24,176 nt of DNA from Ulvibacter sp. GTDB lineage: Bacteria; Pseudomonadota; Alphaproteobacteria; Rickettsiales; UBA1997. Both the position numbers and the translations under genes were made by a program. The DNA lies in NCBI GenBank assembly GCA_047624545.1, contig JBLHPX010000001.1:1-24176 (forward strand), in the 5' to 3' direction. Shown here one piece after another: positions 7,290 to 16,122 of the stretch; positions within the stretch are counted from its first letter, which is position 1, and every line of letters begins with the position of its first letter. Under the pieces are notes generated by a model, which made no database searches, was not told the DNA's origin, and saw only the letters and a program-made list of their open reading frames with translations.

Positions 7290-10200
7290 CAAAATTCAGT
7301 ATTTTGCAAGTTTTGCAACCAAGATTCTATTTTTTGCGATAATCATTATCTCTCTAAACTCTTGCGACCCCTCTAGCACTGAAACTGGTGCCATTAGCTT
7401 AGAAGAGTTGCAAAAATTCGACCCAATTGATAAAGGAATTAGATATCCATTTGAAGGCGTTCCTAATCAAGATTTTAATCAAGATGGAACCAAAGGCAAT
7501 GTTCATGAAGGTGACCAAAATATAAAGTGGGGTCGAAAAAGTTCTGAGTGGCGTCATGCCTGCGCTTCTGAAGAGATTCAATATAGTCTTTCTGGAACCA
7601 TAATGGCAGCCATCCCGTTTGAATTTAGAATGGCAGCTTTTTTTATTGATGCAGGCTTAACTGCCAGTGGCAATCAGGGTATCAACCCAATCTCGGCTCT
7701 AGAAGAGCTAATGGGTCTTGATGGAGCTTTTACTGATCATTATTGGGACATGTGGAACCCTTCATGCTCTGTTATTGCAGCTGCACAAGGAGTTTTTCTG
7801 GCAGCAGCCAATGAAGCTGCTACTCTGGCCTGTGATTTATCGCCAGCTTCTCCACCTTTAAGTAAACTCATGAAACTTAAAAAAGCCGCTAAATATACAG
7901 CCAAATTATCTGCAAAACTTGCATCATCAGCTGGCGGAGTGGGACTAAGAAATATCTGGGATGCAGGTATTCTTGTTACTAAGTGTAATGCTGCTATCGG
8001 TGAAGGCGCCGTTAAGACTGCTACTGCCGCAGTGATTTGTCTCACCACTTCTGGAACGGGGTGCGGCCCAAGTGAGATAGATGCGGCTAAGGCACGAGCT
8101 TCTGCAAGTTTATGCTGCAATGCTACTCTCGCTTATAACGCAGTTTTAGTTGCGGCACTAAGTACAATTTATATAAAATATGCCACTGCCAAAACTCATC
8201 AAAAAAAAGTTGTTGTCTGTGGTCATGATTGGTATGGATGGAAAAATAAAGAATACTCCAAAAAAGATAAAAAAATCTTAGCAGAAGTAAGGGGGGATTA
8301 CCATTCAAACATCAACTCTGACACCAAAGATAATGCAAAATTCTACTCTTACCATAAGGTTTTGTTGGAAATGAACGCTAAAAATACATTAATTAGGAAT
8401 ATTGACAACCAGCCATATAGAGAATATGTCTATGGTGGTCGTGAGATAGCAGACCCAACAGACTCCGAAGATGGTGGCTGTTTAATGCCGCAGATCTATG
8501 GGAATGAGGAGGGTAAAAATAAACTAAAGGAGATGTTTGGCTATTTTGAGCTAGATAATGAAGCTGGTGCAGACGAGTTCAGACAAAGATACTATTTTAA
8601 AGGTTCTAACACAGAACCTAATTTTGCTTGCCAGAGATTTCAATTGAGCGACAAAAATCAGTTCACAAAAGCGGGGCAAACAGGATACGCTGAAAAATTT
8701 CTTGAAGCTTATAATTGCTGCAATAACAGAGGTAAAAACATAATTTGCCTCGAATATCTTAACGATTATAGGACTCTATTTAAAGATGATGACTTAACAA
8801 AGATGGAACAAAAAGTGCAGCCATATATAAATCAAAAAACCGACAGCGATGCCTTTGTCATATACAAGGATGATGAACTAGAATATAATTCTGCAGCAAA
8901 AGAGGCAAATAATCCAATGAGAAACAATATAAACTTTTGCGAAGTTGGTAGTAAGCACTGTTTTCTTGGTAGTCTAGGAGAAATTCCTGTTGCTTACGAA
9001 GCTTATGAACACCCTTTAAATGATAAATATATTTGCGCCAGGAGTTATTCTGTCTGCCCCTATAATTTTACCGTTGGAACGGGAACTGCCATGGGAGGAT
9101 CTGACATAGATTTTGACACACATGACGACCCAGGAGTTACTCAATTCTTCAACAACATTTTGCAACTTAACATATCTTTCTCAGCCTCAAAAAGAGAAAA
9201 AAATACCAATAATGACTATGATTGTCAGTACCTCAATCATTGCACTATTGTTCCGGGCGACTTAGAAGATATAGAATATGGCATAGCATATAATGAAGAT
9301 AATTATTTTATACCGAGCGCCTGCTCAGATGGAAGGGGAGACTCTCAAAACTATCATTTCCAAAATAACTTATTAAGCAAAAAGCTCGGCACAAATTCTT
9401 TAACAGCTCCTTTGGCGCAATGTGTTACCGAGAGCTTTAATAATTTACTATTAAATAAATATGGCGAAGACTCAGATGAAGGATCATATTTAGAGGGTGA
9501 CGTTAGGAATTTACCATCATTTTTTAACACAATACAGGGCAACTTACAGGATATTTTAAGGGCAATCTTAATCTGCGCTTTAGCACTAATGGGTTATAGA
9601 ATCTTATTAGCCGGAGGTGTTGAGAAAAAAGAAATCATGGGCTTTATTATTAAGTTAGCTTTTGTTTTATATTTCGTCTCTGGTAGCGCTTGGAAAACTA
9701 TTTTTTCTGAAGGTTTAATAGCTATTAGCACAGAATTATCTACGGCTTTAATAGAGATCGACGGTGAAGATGTCGATGTTTTCTTAAATAAAGAGGAGAT
9801 TGATTTAGTGTCCAGGTCAATGAAAGGAGGAGGTGTCTATACTGACCCTAAGTTAGAGTCTATAGAGGTGTCGGGACATATTTTTGGTATCGACAAAATA
9901 CAGGGTAACAAAATATTTAAACTAAAAAATAAACCAGAGAATGGTTATTACTTCCAGAAGAACGACTCTATTTACAATATTTCAAGCAACAATGTTTGCA
10001 AATTTCCAAGATATAATAAGTTGGGTGACGCCGACACTACTCCTTCATACCCCGATGGTAAGGAGTATTTAAAGATATTTGACACATTAGATTGTATGAT
10101 ATCTTACGCTCTTGGTATAAGCGCTCTTTCCAGTGGATCAAGTTTCTTTTCGACTATAATGATGTCGCTTTTAAGCGGTTTTATTGGAATGTCTTTTGCA

Positions 10201-11070
10201 ATGGCATCGTTATTTTTTGCCATCTCATTGTTGTCGATTGCAATAAAAATATTATCTATTTTTTGCGTCTGTATTATATATCTTTCCATGCTGGTCTATG
10301 TTTCGCCAATCGCAATTACATGCGTTCTTTTTGGCAGAACGAAAGATATTTTTAACGCATGGATACAGGGTCTTTTGTCTTACTCTATTCAGCCGGCACT
10401 TATTTTTATTTTTGCAGGTTTTTTTATTAGCATCTTTAATGATATCGTCGTTACAGATCATGTAAGATTTGAGAGCAGAATAACTGATGAACAGAATCAA
10501 CTAATTGAACCGAGTAAGAGGGTCGCATTTATTAACTGCAATGATTGGAATAGCGGCACAGAATTAGGACGGCCCGGCGACAAGAGTATATACTGCTTTT
10601 TTAGAAAGGTGTACAATCCAAATGACGAAAAGTCAACTAGCTTATTTCCTAGTCTTGAAATTTTTGGCATGTATTTTAGGACATCTTATGACATTTTACA
10701 AGGATCTGCAGATATGGTTGCGCAAAAAGGTACAGGCAATAGTAAGTTTTCTACGATGCTACAGGTTGCTATTATTCTGTATATTTTAAATTTTCTTGCC
10801 ACATTAGTGCCCGATATCATAGTAAACATTACTTCTGGTGCCTCGATAGGCTCCGTTAGTGGCTTAAGCTACACCCCTTCTCAGATATCGCAAAAGGTCA
10901 AGGGGTATGGTAATGGTGCTAAGGACATAGCCAGAGGTCTAGGATCGAGGTATGGCAAAAAAACTTACAATGCAATAAAAAAGAAAAGACAAGGGCTTAG
11001 AAAGTCTGACACCAAGTCTGGTGATAAAGATAATGATAATGGCAAAAACATTAAGCCGTCCTTAAAATAA
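7276..11070 (+). CDS. virB6: Giant type IV secretion VirB6/TrbL-family protein (Rickettsiales RvhB6-like)
   Basis: 1264 aa. Multi-TM C-terminal VirB6 region (YVSPIAITCVLFGRTKDIFNAWIQGLLSYSIQPALIF), motifs TAPLAQCV and YPDGKEYLKIFDTLDC as recalled for rickettsial VirB6, long Cys-rich N-terminal region with VCGHDW, signal peptide ending LNSC. Confidence 0.88.
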   Translation: MSLISKIQYFASFATKILFFAIIIISLNSCDPSSTETGAISLEELQKFDPIDKGIRYPFEGVPNQDFNQDGTKGNVHEGDQNIKWGRKSSEWRHACASEEIQYSLSGTIMAAIPFEFRMAAFFIDAGLTASGNQGINPISALEELMGLDGAFTDHYWDMWNPSCSVIAAAQGVFLAAANEAATLACDLSPASPPLSKLMKLKKAAKYTAKLSAKLASSAGGVGLRNIWDAGILVTKCNAAIGEGAVKTATAAVICLTTSGTGCGPSEIDAAKARASASLCCNATLAYNAVLVAALSTIYIKYATAKTHQKKVVVCGHDWYGWKNKEYSKKDKKILAEVRGDYHSNINSDTKDNAKFYSYHKVLLEMNAKNTLIRNIDNQPYREYVYGGREIADPTDSEDGGCLMPQIYGNEEGKNKLKEMFGYFELDNEAGADEFRQRYYFKGSNTEPNFACQRFQLSDKNQFTKAGQTGYAEKFLEAYNCCNNRGKNIICLEYLNDYRTLFKDDDLTKMEQKVQPYINQKTDSDAFVIYKDDELEYNSAAKEANNPMRNNINFCEVGSKHCFLGSLGEIPVAYEAYEHPLNDKYICARSYSVCPYNFTVGTGTAMGGSDIDFDTHDDPGVTQFFNNILQLNISFSASKREKNTNNDYDCQYLNHCTIVPGDLEDIEYGIAYNEDNYFIPSACSDGRGDSQNYHFQNNLLSKKLGTNSLTAPLAQCVTESFNNLLLNKYGEDSDEGSYLEGDVRNLPSFFNTIQGNLQDILRAILICALALMGYRILLAGGVEKKEIMGFIIKLAFVLYFVSGSAWKTIFSEGLIAISTELSTALIEIDGEDVDVFLNKEEIDLVSRSMKGGGVYTDPKLESIEVSGHIFGIDKIQGNKIFKLKNKPENGYYFQKNDSIYNISSNNVCKFPRYNKLGDADTTPSYPDGKEYLKIFDTLDCMISYALGISALSSGSSFFSTIMMSLLSGFIGMSFAMASLFFAISLLSIAIKILSIFCVCIIYLSMLVYVSPIAITCVLFGRTKDIFNAWIQGLLSYSIQPALIFIFAGFFISIFNDIVVTDHVRFESRITDEQNQLIEPSKRVAFINCNDWNSGTELGRPGDKSIYCFFRKVYNPNDEKSTSLFPSLEIFGMYFRTSYDILQGSADMVAQKGTGNSKFSTMLQVAIILYILNFLATLVPDIIVNITSGASIGSVSGLSYTPSQISQKVKGYGNGAKDIARGLGSRYGKKTYNAIKKKRQGLRKSDTKSGDKDNDNGKNIKPSLK

Positions 11071-11233
11071 TACCAAAACTTATCTATAGTGCAGAATTTA
11101 GGTAAACTAGCTTGGGTCAGAAATTTATTATTAAATTTATGTTTAATATCGGAGTATATGCTAAATTTTATGATAATTTTTGGCTAAAAATAAGAAACGT
11201 AAATGTTGTATTATAGATAAACTTTGGCATTAT
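11067..11233. repeat. Imperfect inverted-repeat element (33-bp arms) between convergent genes
   Basis: 11067-11099 versus 11201-11233: 26/33 Watson-Crick complementary, 29/33 allowing G-U on either strand. Confidence 0.7.
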
Positions 11234-11275
11234 ACCAACCCCCACCCTTAAAATATAGAAATATTCTAGTCATTT

Positions 11276-12115
11276 TTATTTGGGTCTTTTGTTAAACTTA
11301 CCTTCCCATTCAGCATTTGACCCAACATTCGCTGACCATGTTTTTTTACCAGTATTGTCCACCCTCTTGTAGAATGATTCAGTCTTGTCAGTAAATTTAT
11401 GAGTTTGTTTAAAGTTTGGATCATTAATCAAATCAAAAGTAGTTCTGGAGATGTTCTGATTGATTTTAGACCTTATCTTGGGATAAAAATCATTTTTAAT
11501 CCAATTCCTGGTGTTAACAAAATAATTATCAATTTCGGCGATAGAAAAGGCTGAAATTGTAGATAACTCTTTCGATATGGCGTAAATCTCAAAAAATCTA
11601 GCAAAAAACTCGGAAATGATTTGATTCTGTGGATAAGGCTTAACCTGCTCAATAAATAATCTATTAATTTCGGCTTTTAATGCAATATTGCCTGTAGAAT
11701 TGTTACTTAAATCAGTGATCATCGCATTTTTGAAATTTTGATCTAGCATGATCCCACTTTCAATCTCAACAAAATGAGAAACCTCATGAGCTATGACATT
11801 TTCTGATAATTTTCGAATGATAATTTTGTGATCTAAAATATGGGTAAATGTGCCAATGATTTTATTGTAAATTTTCTTTTTTTCAGTGAGGTAGCAGCCA
11901 ACATTGGTATCCCAGTCTTTAATTATTTTAATATCAAAATTTACTTTTTTTTCAAAAGATTTTGTTAGTATTAAGTCAAGACCACTCTTGTAAAAAGGAA
12001 TGTGGTACAAATTAAGAAGCTTTTTTAGGAATAAATCATATCTATTAACGCCCTCAAAATGGATCTGGGCTTTTAAAGGATTAAATCTGGATGAAATTTC
12101 TTGAGTTAGCTCCAT
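11276..12115 (-). CDS. Putative zinc metallopeptidase (HExxH zincin, gluzincin/anthrax LF-like arrangement)
   Basis: VIAHEVSHFVE followed about 55 aa later by ISEFFARFFE (candidate third ligand Glu). No signal peptide seen. Confidence 0.6.
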   Translation of the reverse strand: MELTQEISSRFNPLKAQIHFEGVNRYDLFLKKLLNLYHIPFYKSGLDLILTKSFEKKVNFDIKIIKDWDTNVGCYLTEKKKIYNKIIGTFTHILDHKIIIRKLSENVIAHEVSHFVEIESGIMLDQNFKNAMITDLSNNSTGNIALKAEINRLFIEQVKPYPQNQIISEFFARFFEIYAISKELSTISAFSIAEIDNYFVNTRNWIKNDFYPKIRSKINQNISRTTFDLINDPNFKQTHKFTDKTESFYKRVDNTGKKTWSANVGSNAEWEGKFNKRPK

Positions 12116-12134
12116 TTGAGTAGGTTTGTGTTTC

Positions 12135-13904
12135 TTATTTTGGGTCTACAACTTTTAAAGTGACTTGCTTAATGATATGTAAACATCGATCTATGTCAGT
12201 TTTTTCCGTCTTAAAGGATGAAATACTAATGCGTAGTGCGCTTTTGCCGTTCCAATTGGTTTTTCCAAACCAGCATATTCCAAAATTTTGAACATCTTTT
12301 GCAATCCTGTCCAACTGTTTATTGTTGCCAATTTTTGCAACTATTTGGTTAAAAGCCACCTCATTTAATATTTCATAACCAATTTTTTTAAGCCCATCAG
12401 AAAAATATTGAGCGTTGTCACATAATTTTTCTACCATATCTGAAATTCCATCCTTACCTAAAGATCTCATGACAGACCAGAAGTCAATAGCCCCAGTTCT
12501 TTTGGAAAAATCTAAAGTAATATCTTTTGATTGAGTTTTAGTGGTTTGCGTAAGATAGTCGGCATTGCAACTCGTAACAGATTTTAGGGCGCTTAAATGT
12601 TCAGATTTAACAAGTAGGATGGCAGAATCATAACCACTATTGAAGGTTTTATGACCATCTGTAACTAAAAAATCAGCATATTCCAATCCCTTTGTTAAGT
12701 GTTTTTTATTGTTGCAAGAGGCTGCCCACAGGCCAAAAGAGCTATCAACACACATTAGGGCCTTTGCTTTTTTAACCATTTTCCCAATCTCTTCAAAGGG
12801 GTCAAAATTACCAGAGCTAACGTTGCCAGCTTGAGTACAAACAATTGAATAGGAGTTGAGTTCGGGAATTTGATCAGGGATCATTCTGCCTTCTGAATCT
12901 GTAGGAATTATTTCTAGATTATCGGTACCAAATCCAATAATTGAAATAGCCTTAAACAAGGTTATGTCAGCTTCATCTGAAATTATAATTCTTACTTTAG
13001 GCGCAGAAATTAAACCTTTTTTCTTGATATTAAAATTATGGTTTTGATAGATTTTATTTCTAGCGGCAGATAGGGCGGCGATGTGGCCAGCTGCAGTTCC
13101 ACTGACAAAGCTTGAAATATATTTATTTGGCAACCCAAACAGGTCAATTATCCAGTTAAGGACAATTTCTTCAATTTTAGCTCCGATTGGCGACGAGGAT
13201 TCGTTGACAGTATTTTGATTCCATGCGCTAGTTAGGATGTGAGTTCCTAGAGCCGCAGGAGTGACCGCCCCACCAACAAAACCAAAATATCTTGAGCCAT
13301 TAACAGGAGTTGTTGCGGGAGATCCAAATTTATGTAGAAATTCAATTGTTTCGATTGGATCGGATGAGTTTTGCGGCAAAGATTCGTCAAATTTTACAAG
13401 ATTTTTTAATTCATCTTTAGAAGGGAGGGCGTCTTTTCTTTCAATATTTTTCAAATATTGTTCACTACATCCAGCTGTTTTTGTCAAAACTAGCCTGCAA
13501 TCATGGCGATGATTTGTGTAAGTTTTTGTATGATGGTTATTATTATAACTTTCATTGGTAATTTTTACCATAGCTCCAAAATCCTCCAAAGCTTTTGGTT
13601 TGGCAATTGACAATATAGCTTTTTTAATTTTTTTATTGGACAAAACCCTTTCCAGTATTTTACTAGAAAGGGTTTCGATTAGTTCAAACTTACTATTTGA
13701 GACAAAATTTATTAAATCTGCACTCATATCGTAATAATCGACGACATCATTAATATTGTCAGTTTCTATTGCCGACTTACTGTCAAAATAAATTGTTAGA
13801 TCAATTATTAAGGGTTGCTTTGATATTTTTTCTTGCTCGTGAATTCCAATGATGGCATTTATTTTTAAATCTTTTATTTCTAATTTTGTAAAATCATCAA
13901 TCAT
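12135..13904 (-). CDS. folB: Fusion: N-terminal dihydroneopterin aldolase/epimerase (FolB/FolX fold, about 120 aa) + group II PLP-dependent amino acid decarboxylase
   Basis: FolB motifs IKDLKINAIIGIHEQEK, VDY, LIETL, IAKPKA. Decarboxylase motifs RYFGFVGG, SAWNQN, QAGNVSSGNFDP, VDSSFGLW, PLP-lysine DGHK, LRISISS. One continuous frame. Confidence 0.88.
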   Translation of the reverse strand: MIDDFTKLEIKDLKINAIIGIHEQEKISKQPLIIDLTIYFDSKSAIETDNINDVVDYYDMSADLINFVSNSKFELIETLSSKILERVLSNKKIKKAILSIAKPKALEDFGAMVKITNESYNNNHHTKTYTNHRHDCRLVLTKTAGCSEQYLKNIERKDALPSKDELKNLVKFDESLPQNSSDPIETIEFLHKFGSPATTPVNGSRYFGFVGGAVTPAALGTHILTSAWNQNTVNESSSPIGAKIEEIVLNWIIDLFGLPNKYISSFVSGTAAGHIAALSAARNKIYQNHNFNIKKKGLISAPKVRIIISDEADITLFKAISIIGFGTDNLEIIPTDSEGRMIPDQIPELNSYSIVCTQAGNVSSGNFDPFEEIGKMVKKAKALMCVDSSFGLWAASCNNKKHLTKGLEYADFLVTDGHKTFNSGYDSAILLVKSEHLSALKSVTSCNADYLTQTTKTQSKDITLDFSKRTGAIDFWSVMRSLGKDGISDMVEKLCDNAQYFSDGLKKIGYEILNEVAFNQIVAKIGNNKQLDRIAKDVQNFGICWFGKTNWNGKSALRISISSFKTEKTDIDRCLHIIKQVTLKVVDPK

Positions 13905-13919
13905 AATTACGCCTTACTA

Positions 13920-14639
13920 TTACAAGGTTGTTAGATGTTCTCCACCATCAACATAAATTGTTTGTCCAGTTATGAAGTGGTTTTCAATTAGAAATTTCAT
14001 TGACGTTAGGATGTCTGCCATTTTGGTGTAGTGATCAAGGGGTGCGTTTTTTGCTCTTTTTGAAATATATTCTTCAGCAAACTCATATGCAGGCAAGAAG
14101 GCACCAGGTGCAATTGCGTTGACTCTTATTTTTGGAGCCAATTCCAGAGCCATATCTTTTGTCAATATTTCTAGTGACTTTTTAGAATTCAAATAGGTAA
14201 AAAATTTTTTAGATCTTCTTACTATGTATGTATCTAGGAGGTTTATTATGCTGCCAGAGTTGTTTTTAGCAAAAAATTGCGATAAAAAGAATATCGCCTT
14301 ATAATTTACGTTAAAATTTTCATCAAAAATTTCTTCTGTAGTGTCGGTAAACCCTCCTTTGGTAAAGATAGAGCTGTTATTAATCAAGACATCTATTTTG
14401 CCAAAATGGCCCTCTGTATCTGTGATTAATTTTTGACAATTATTGGCGTTTTGTAAATCTGCTTGAAAAATTTGACAATCTATGTTTAAAATATTTAGCT
14501 CTGCTTGTGTTGCGACTGCATCTTTTTCTGAAGAATTATAATGTAACGCAATGTTGCAGCCTTCTTTTGCAAACGAGGTGGCAAGAAATTTACCGAGTCT
14601 TTTTGCAGATCCAGTAATTAATATGGTTTTTTTGTTCAT
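13920..14639 (-). CDS. folM: Pteridine reductase-like SDR (FolM/PTR1 family)
   Basis: ILITGSAKRLG (Arg typical of PTR1/FolM), IALHYNSS, LINNSS, YxxxK as YLNSK, LAPKIRVNAIAPG, ITGQTIYVDGGEHL. Adjacent to folB. Confidence 0.82.
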   Translation of the reverse strand: MNKKTILITGSAKRLGKFLATSFAKEGCNIALHYNSSEKDAVATQAELNILNIDCQIFQADLQNANNCQKLITDTEGHFGKIDVLINNSSIFTKGGFTDTTEEIFDENFNVNYKAIFFLSQFFAKNNSGSIINLLDTYIVRRSKKFFTYLNSKKSLEILTKDMALELAPKIRVNAIAPGAFLPAYEFAEEYISKRAKNAPLDHYTKMADILTSMKFLIENHFITGQTIYVDGGEHLTTL

Positions 14640-14642
14640 CAG

Positions 14643-15476
14643 CTATTCAAATAAATAAATTATTTCTTGATCAATCTTTTGAAATTGGATTAGGATTTCA
14701 AGATTTTTTTTGATTCCAGATGTGGTTTTGGTTGGATTTTTGTCGAGGCGGTTTAAAAGATAGAGCGCTTTTTGATAATCCTTAAATTTTAAGTTATTTT
14801 CAATTTTATGTAAGGTGTAGTCAATATCTATTACATCGTCTTCCCTGAATTTTATCTTTCTAATAGTTACGTAATTTAAGAAGTTATTTTTTAATTTAGA
14901 AAGCATGGTGTCGTCGTGTACACCCTTTTCATGATATATAATTTTTCTTATTATTTGGTCAAAATCTTGCTTAATTTCTTGATTGGTTTTGATTTTGTTA
15001 ATTAGCAACTTTTCTAATTTTAGAAAACTTTGGTACAGTTTACTCTTGCTGTTTATTAGAGATTTTGTGAGCAATAATTCTTTTCTATAGTCGCCACCAT
15101 CCTCTATTTTTTTTATTAATTTAAAATAACTAAGGATGATATGTGGAGAATTTCCACCATTTTGTATTTTTGACATTTCACTGTAAATTTCTTCATATTT
15201 CTTTTTAAGAAGGTCGTATTTTCTCTCCAACTCTAATAATTTTTTATTATTAAAGTTCTCTGTTTTTTGAACTGCTATTTTTTTATATTGCTGAGGCTCA
15301 AATTTTGTTATTAAAACTTCTTTTTTAGAGAAAATTTTAAATTTATCAGCGATGGGGGTTAAAAATATTGTCGCAATAATTATCGACACAAAAAATATCA
15401 GAAGGGCCGCCCTTGCACTTACTCTATATCTTTTTGATTTTTGCACCTCTTGATCTGGGGTTGATTTTTTAGTCAT
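14643..15476 (-). CDS. Mitofilin/Mic60-like (COG4223-type) inner-membrane protein
   Basis: N-terminal single TM, coiled coil (LLELERKYDLLKKKYEEI), then GGDYRKEL, KTNQEIKQDF, LKNNFLNYVTIRK, IENNLKFKDYQKALYLL, matching the mitofilin-domain pattern. Probable start is the ATG at 15476 overlapping the rpe stop; the ORF track extends it to 15512. Confidence 0.62.
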   Translation of the reverse strand: MTKKSTPDQEVQKSKRYRVSARAALLIFFVSIIIATIFLTPIADKFKIFSKKEVLITKFEPQQYKKIAVQKTENFNNKKLLELERKYDLLKKKYEEIYSEMSKIQNGGNSPHIILSYFKLIKKIEDGGDYRKELLLTKSLINSKSKLYQSFLKLEKLLINKIKTNQEIKQDFDQIIRKIIYHEKGVHDDTMLSKLKNNFLNYVTIRKIKFREDDVIDIDYTLHKIENNLKFKDYQKALYLLNRLDKNPTKTTSGIKKNLEILIQFQKIDQEIIYLFE

Positions 15477-16122
15477 CTTGTAACAAATTATTGATTCTTT
15501 CTTGGTAATCATGGTGATTAAAAATATAGGATCCAGACACTAATATATCGGCCCCAGCTTTTGTAGCTATTTTTGCTGTTTTGTCATTAATTCCGCCATC
15601 AATTTGCAGTAGGATTTTTTTTCCACAATTATCAATTTTCTGGCGAATATTTTCAATTTTCTTAATTTGAGATTCTAAAAATCTTTGTCCACCAAATCCT
15701 GGATTAACTGTCATTATTAATATTAGATCAACCTTATCCAAAATATAATCCAAAACATCTTCGTTGGTTGATGGAACAATGGAGATTCCAGCCTTTTTGC
15801 CAAGAGATTTAATCTTTGTTAGGACTGAATCAATATGAGTTGTCGCTTCATAGTGAATTGTGATGATATCAGAACCAGCTTTGGCAAAATTTTCAATATG
15901 ATTTTCTGGGTTATTGATCATTAGGTGAGTATCAAATATCAAGCTGGACTCTTTTCGAAGAGATTTTATAACTTCTGGGCCGAATGTAATATTAGGTACG
16001 AAGCTGCCGTCCATAACGTCAAGATGAAGGTATCTGATATTTTTACATTTAGATATCAACCCAATCTCTTCTCCTAATTTTGAGAAATTTGCCGATAATA
16101 TGGAGGGAGCGATTTCAATCAT
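15469..16122 (-). CDS. rpe: Ribulose-phosphate 3-epimerase
   Basis: IAPSILSANF, LHLDVMDGSFVPNITFG, DTHLMI, MTVNPGFGGQ, IDGGIN, VSGS. Confidence 0.97.
   Translation of the reverse strand: MIEIAPSILSANFSKLGEEIGLISKCKNIRYLHLDVMDGSFVPNITFGPEVIKSLRKESSLIFDTHLMINNPENHIENFAKAGSDIITIHYEATTHIDSVLTKIKSLGKKAGISIVPSTNEDVLDYILDKVDLILIMTVNPGFGGQRFLESQIKKIENIRQKIDNCGKKILLQIDGGINDKTAKIATKAGADILVSGSYIFNHHDYQERINNLLQDD

Noticed and set aside
7740-8120. 126-aa minus-strand Ala-rich ORF
   Set aside because: Antisense to the Ala-rich part of virB6; stop-poor because of GCN codons.
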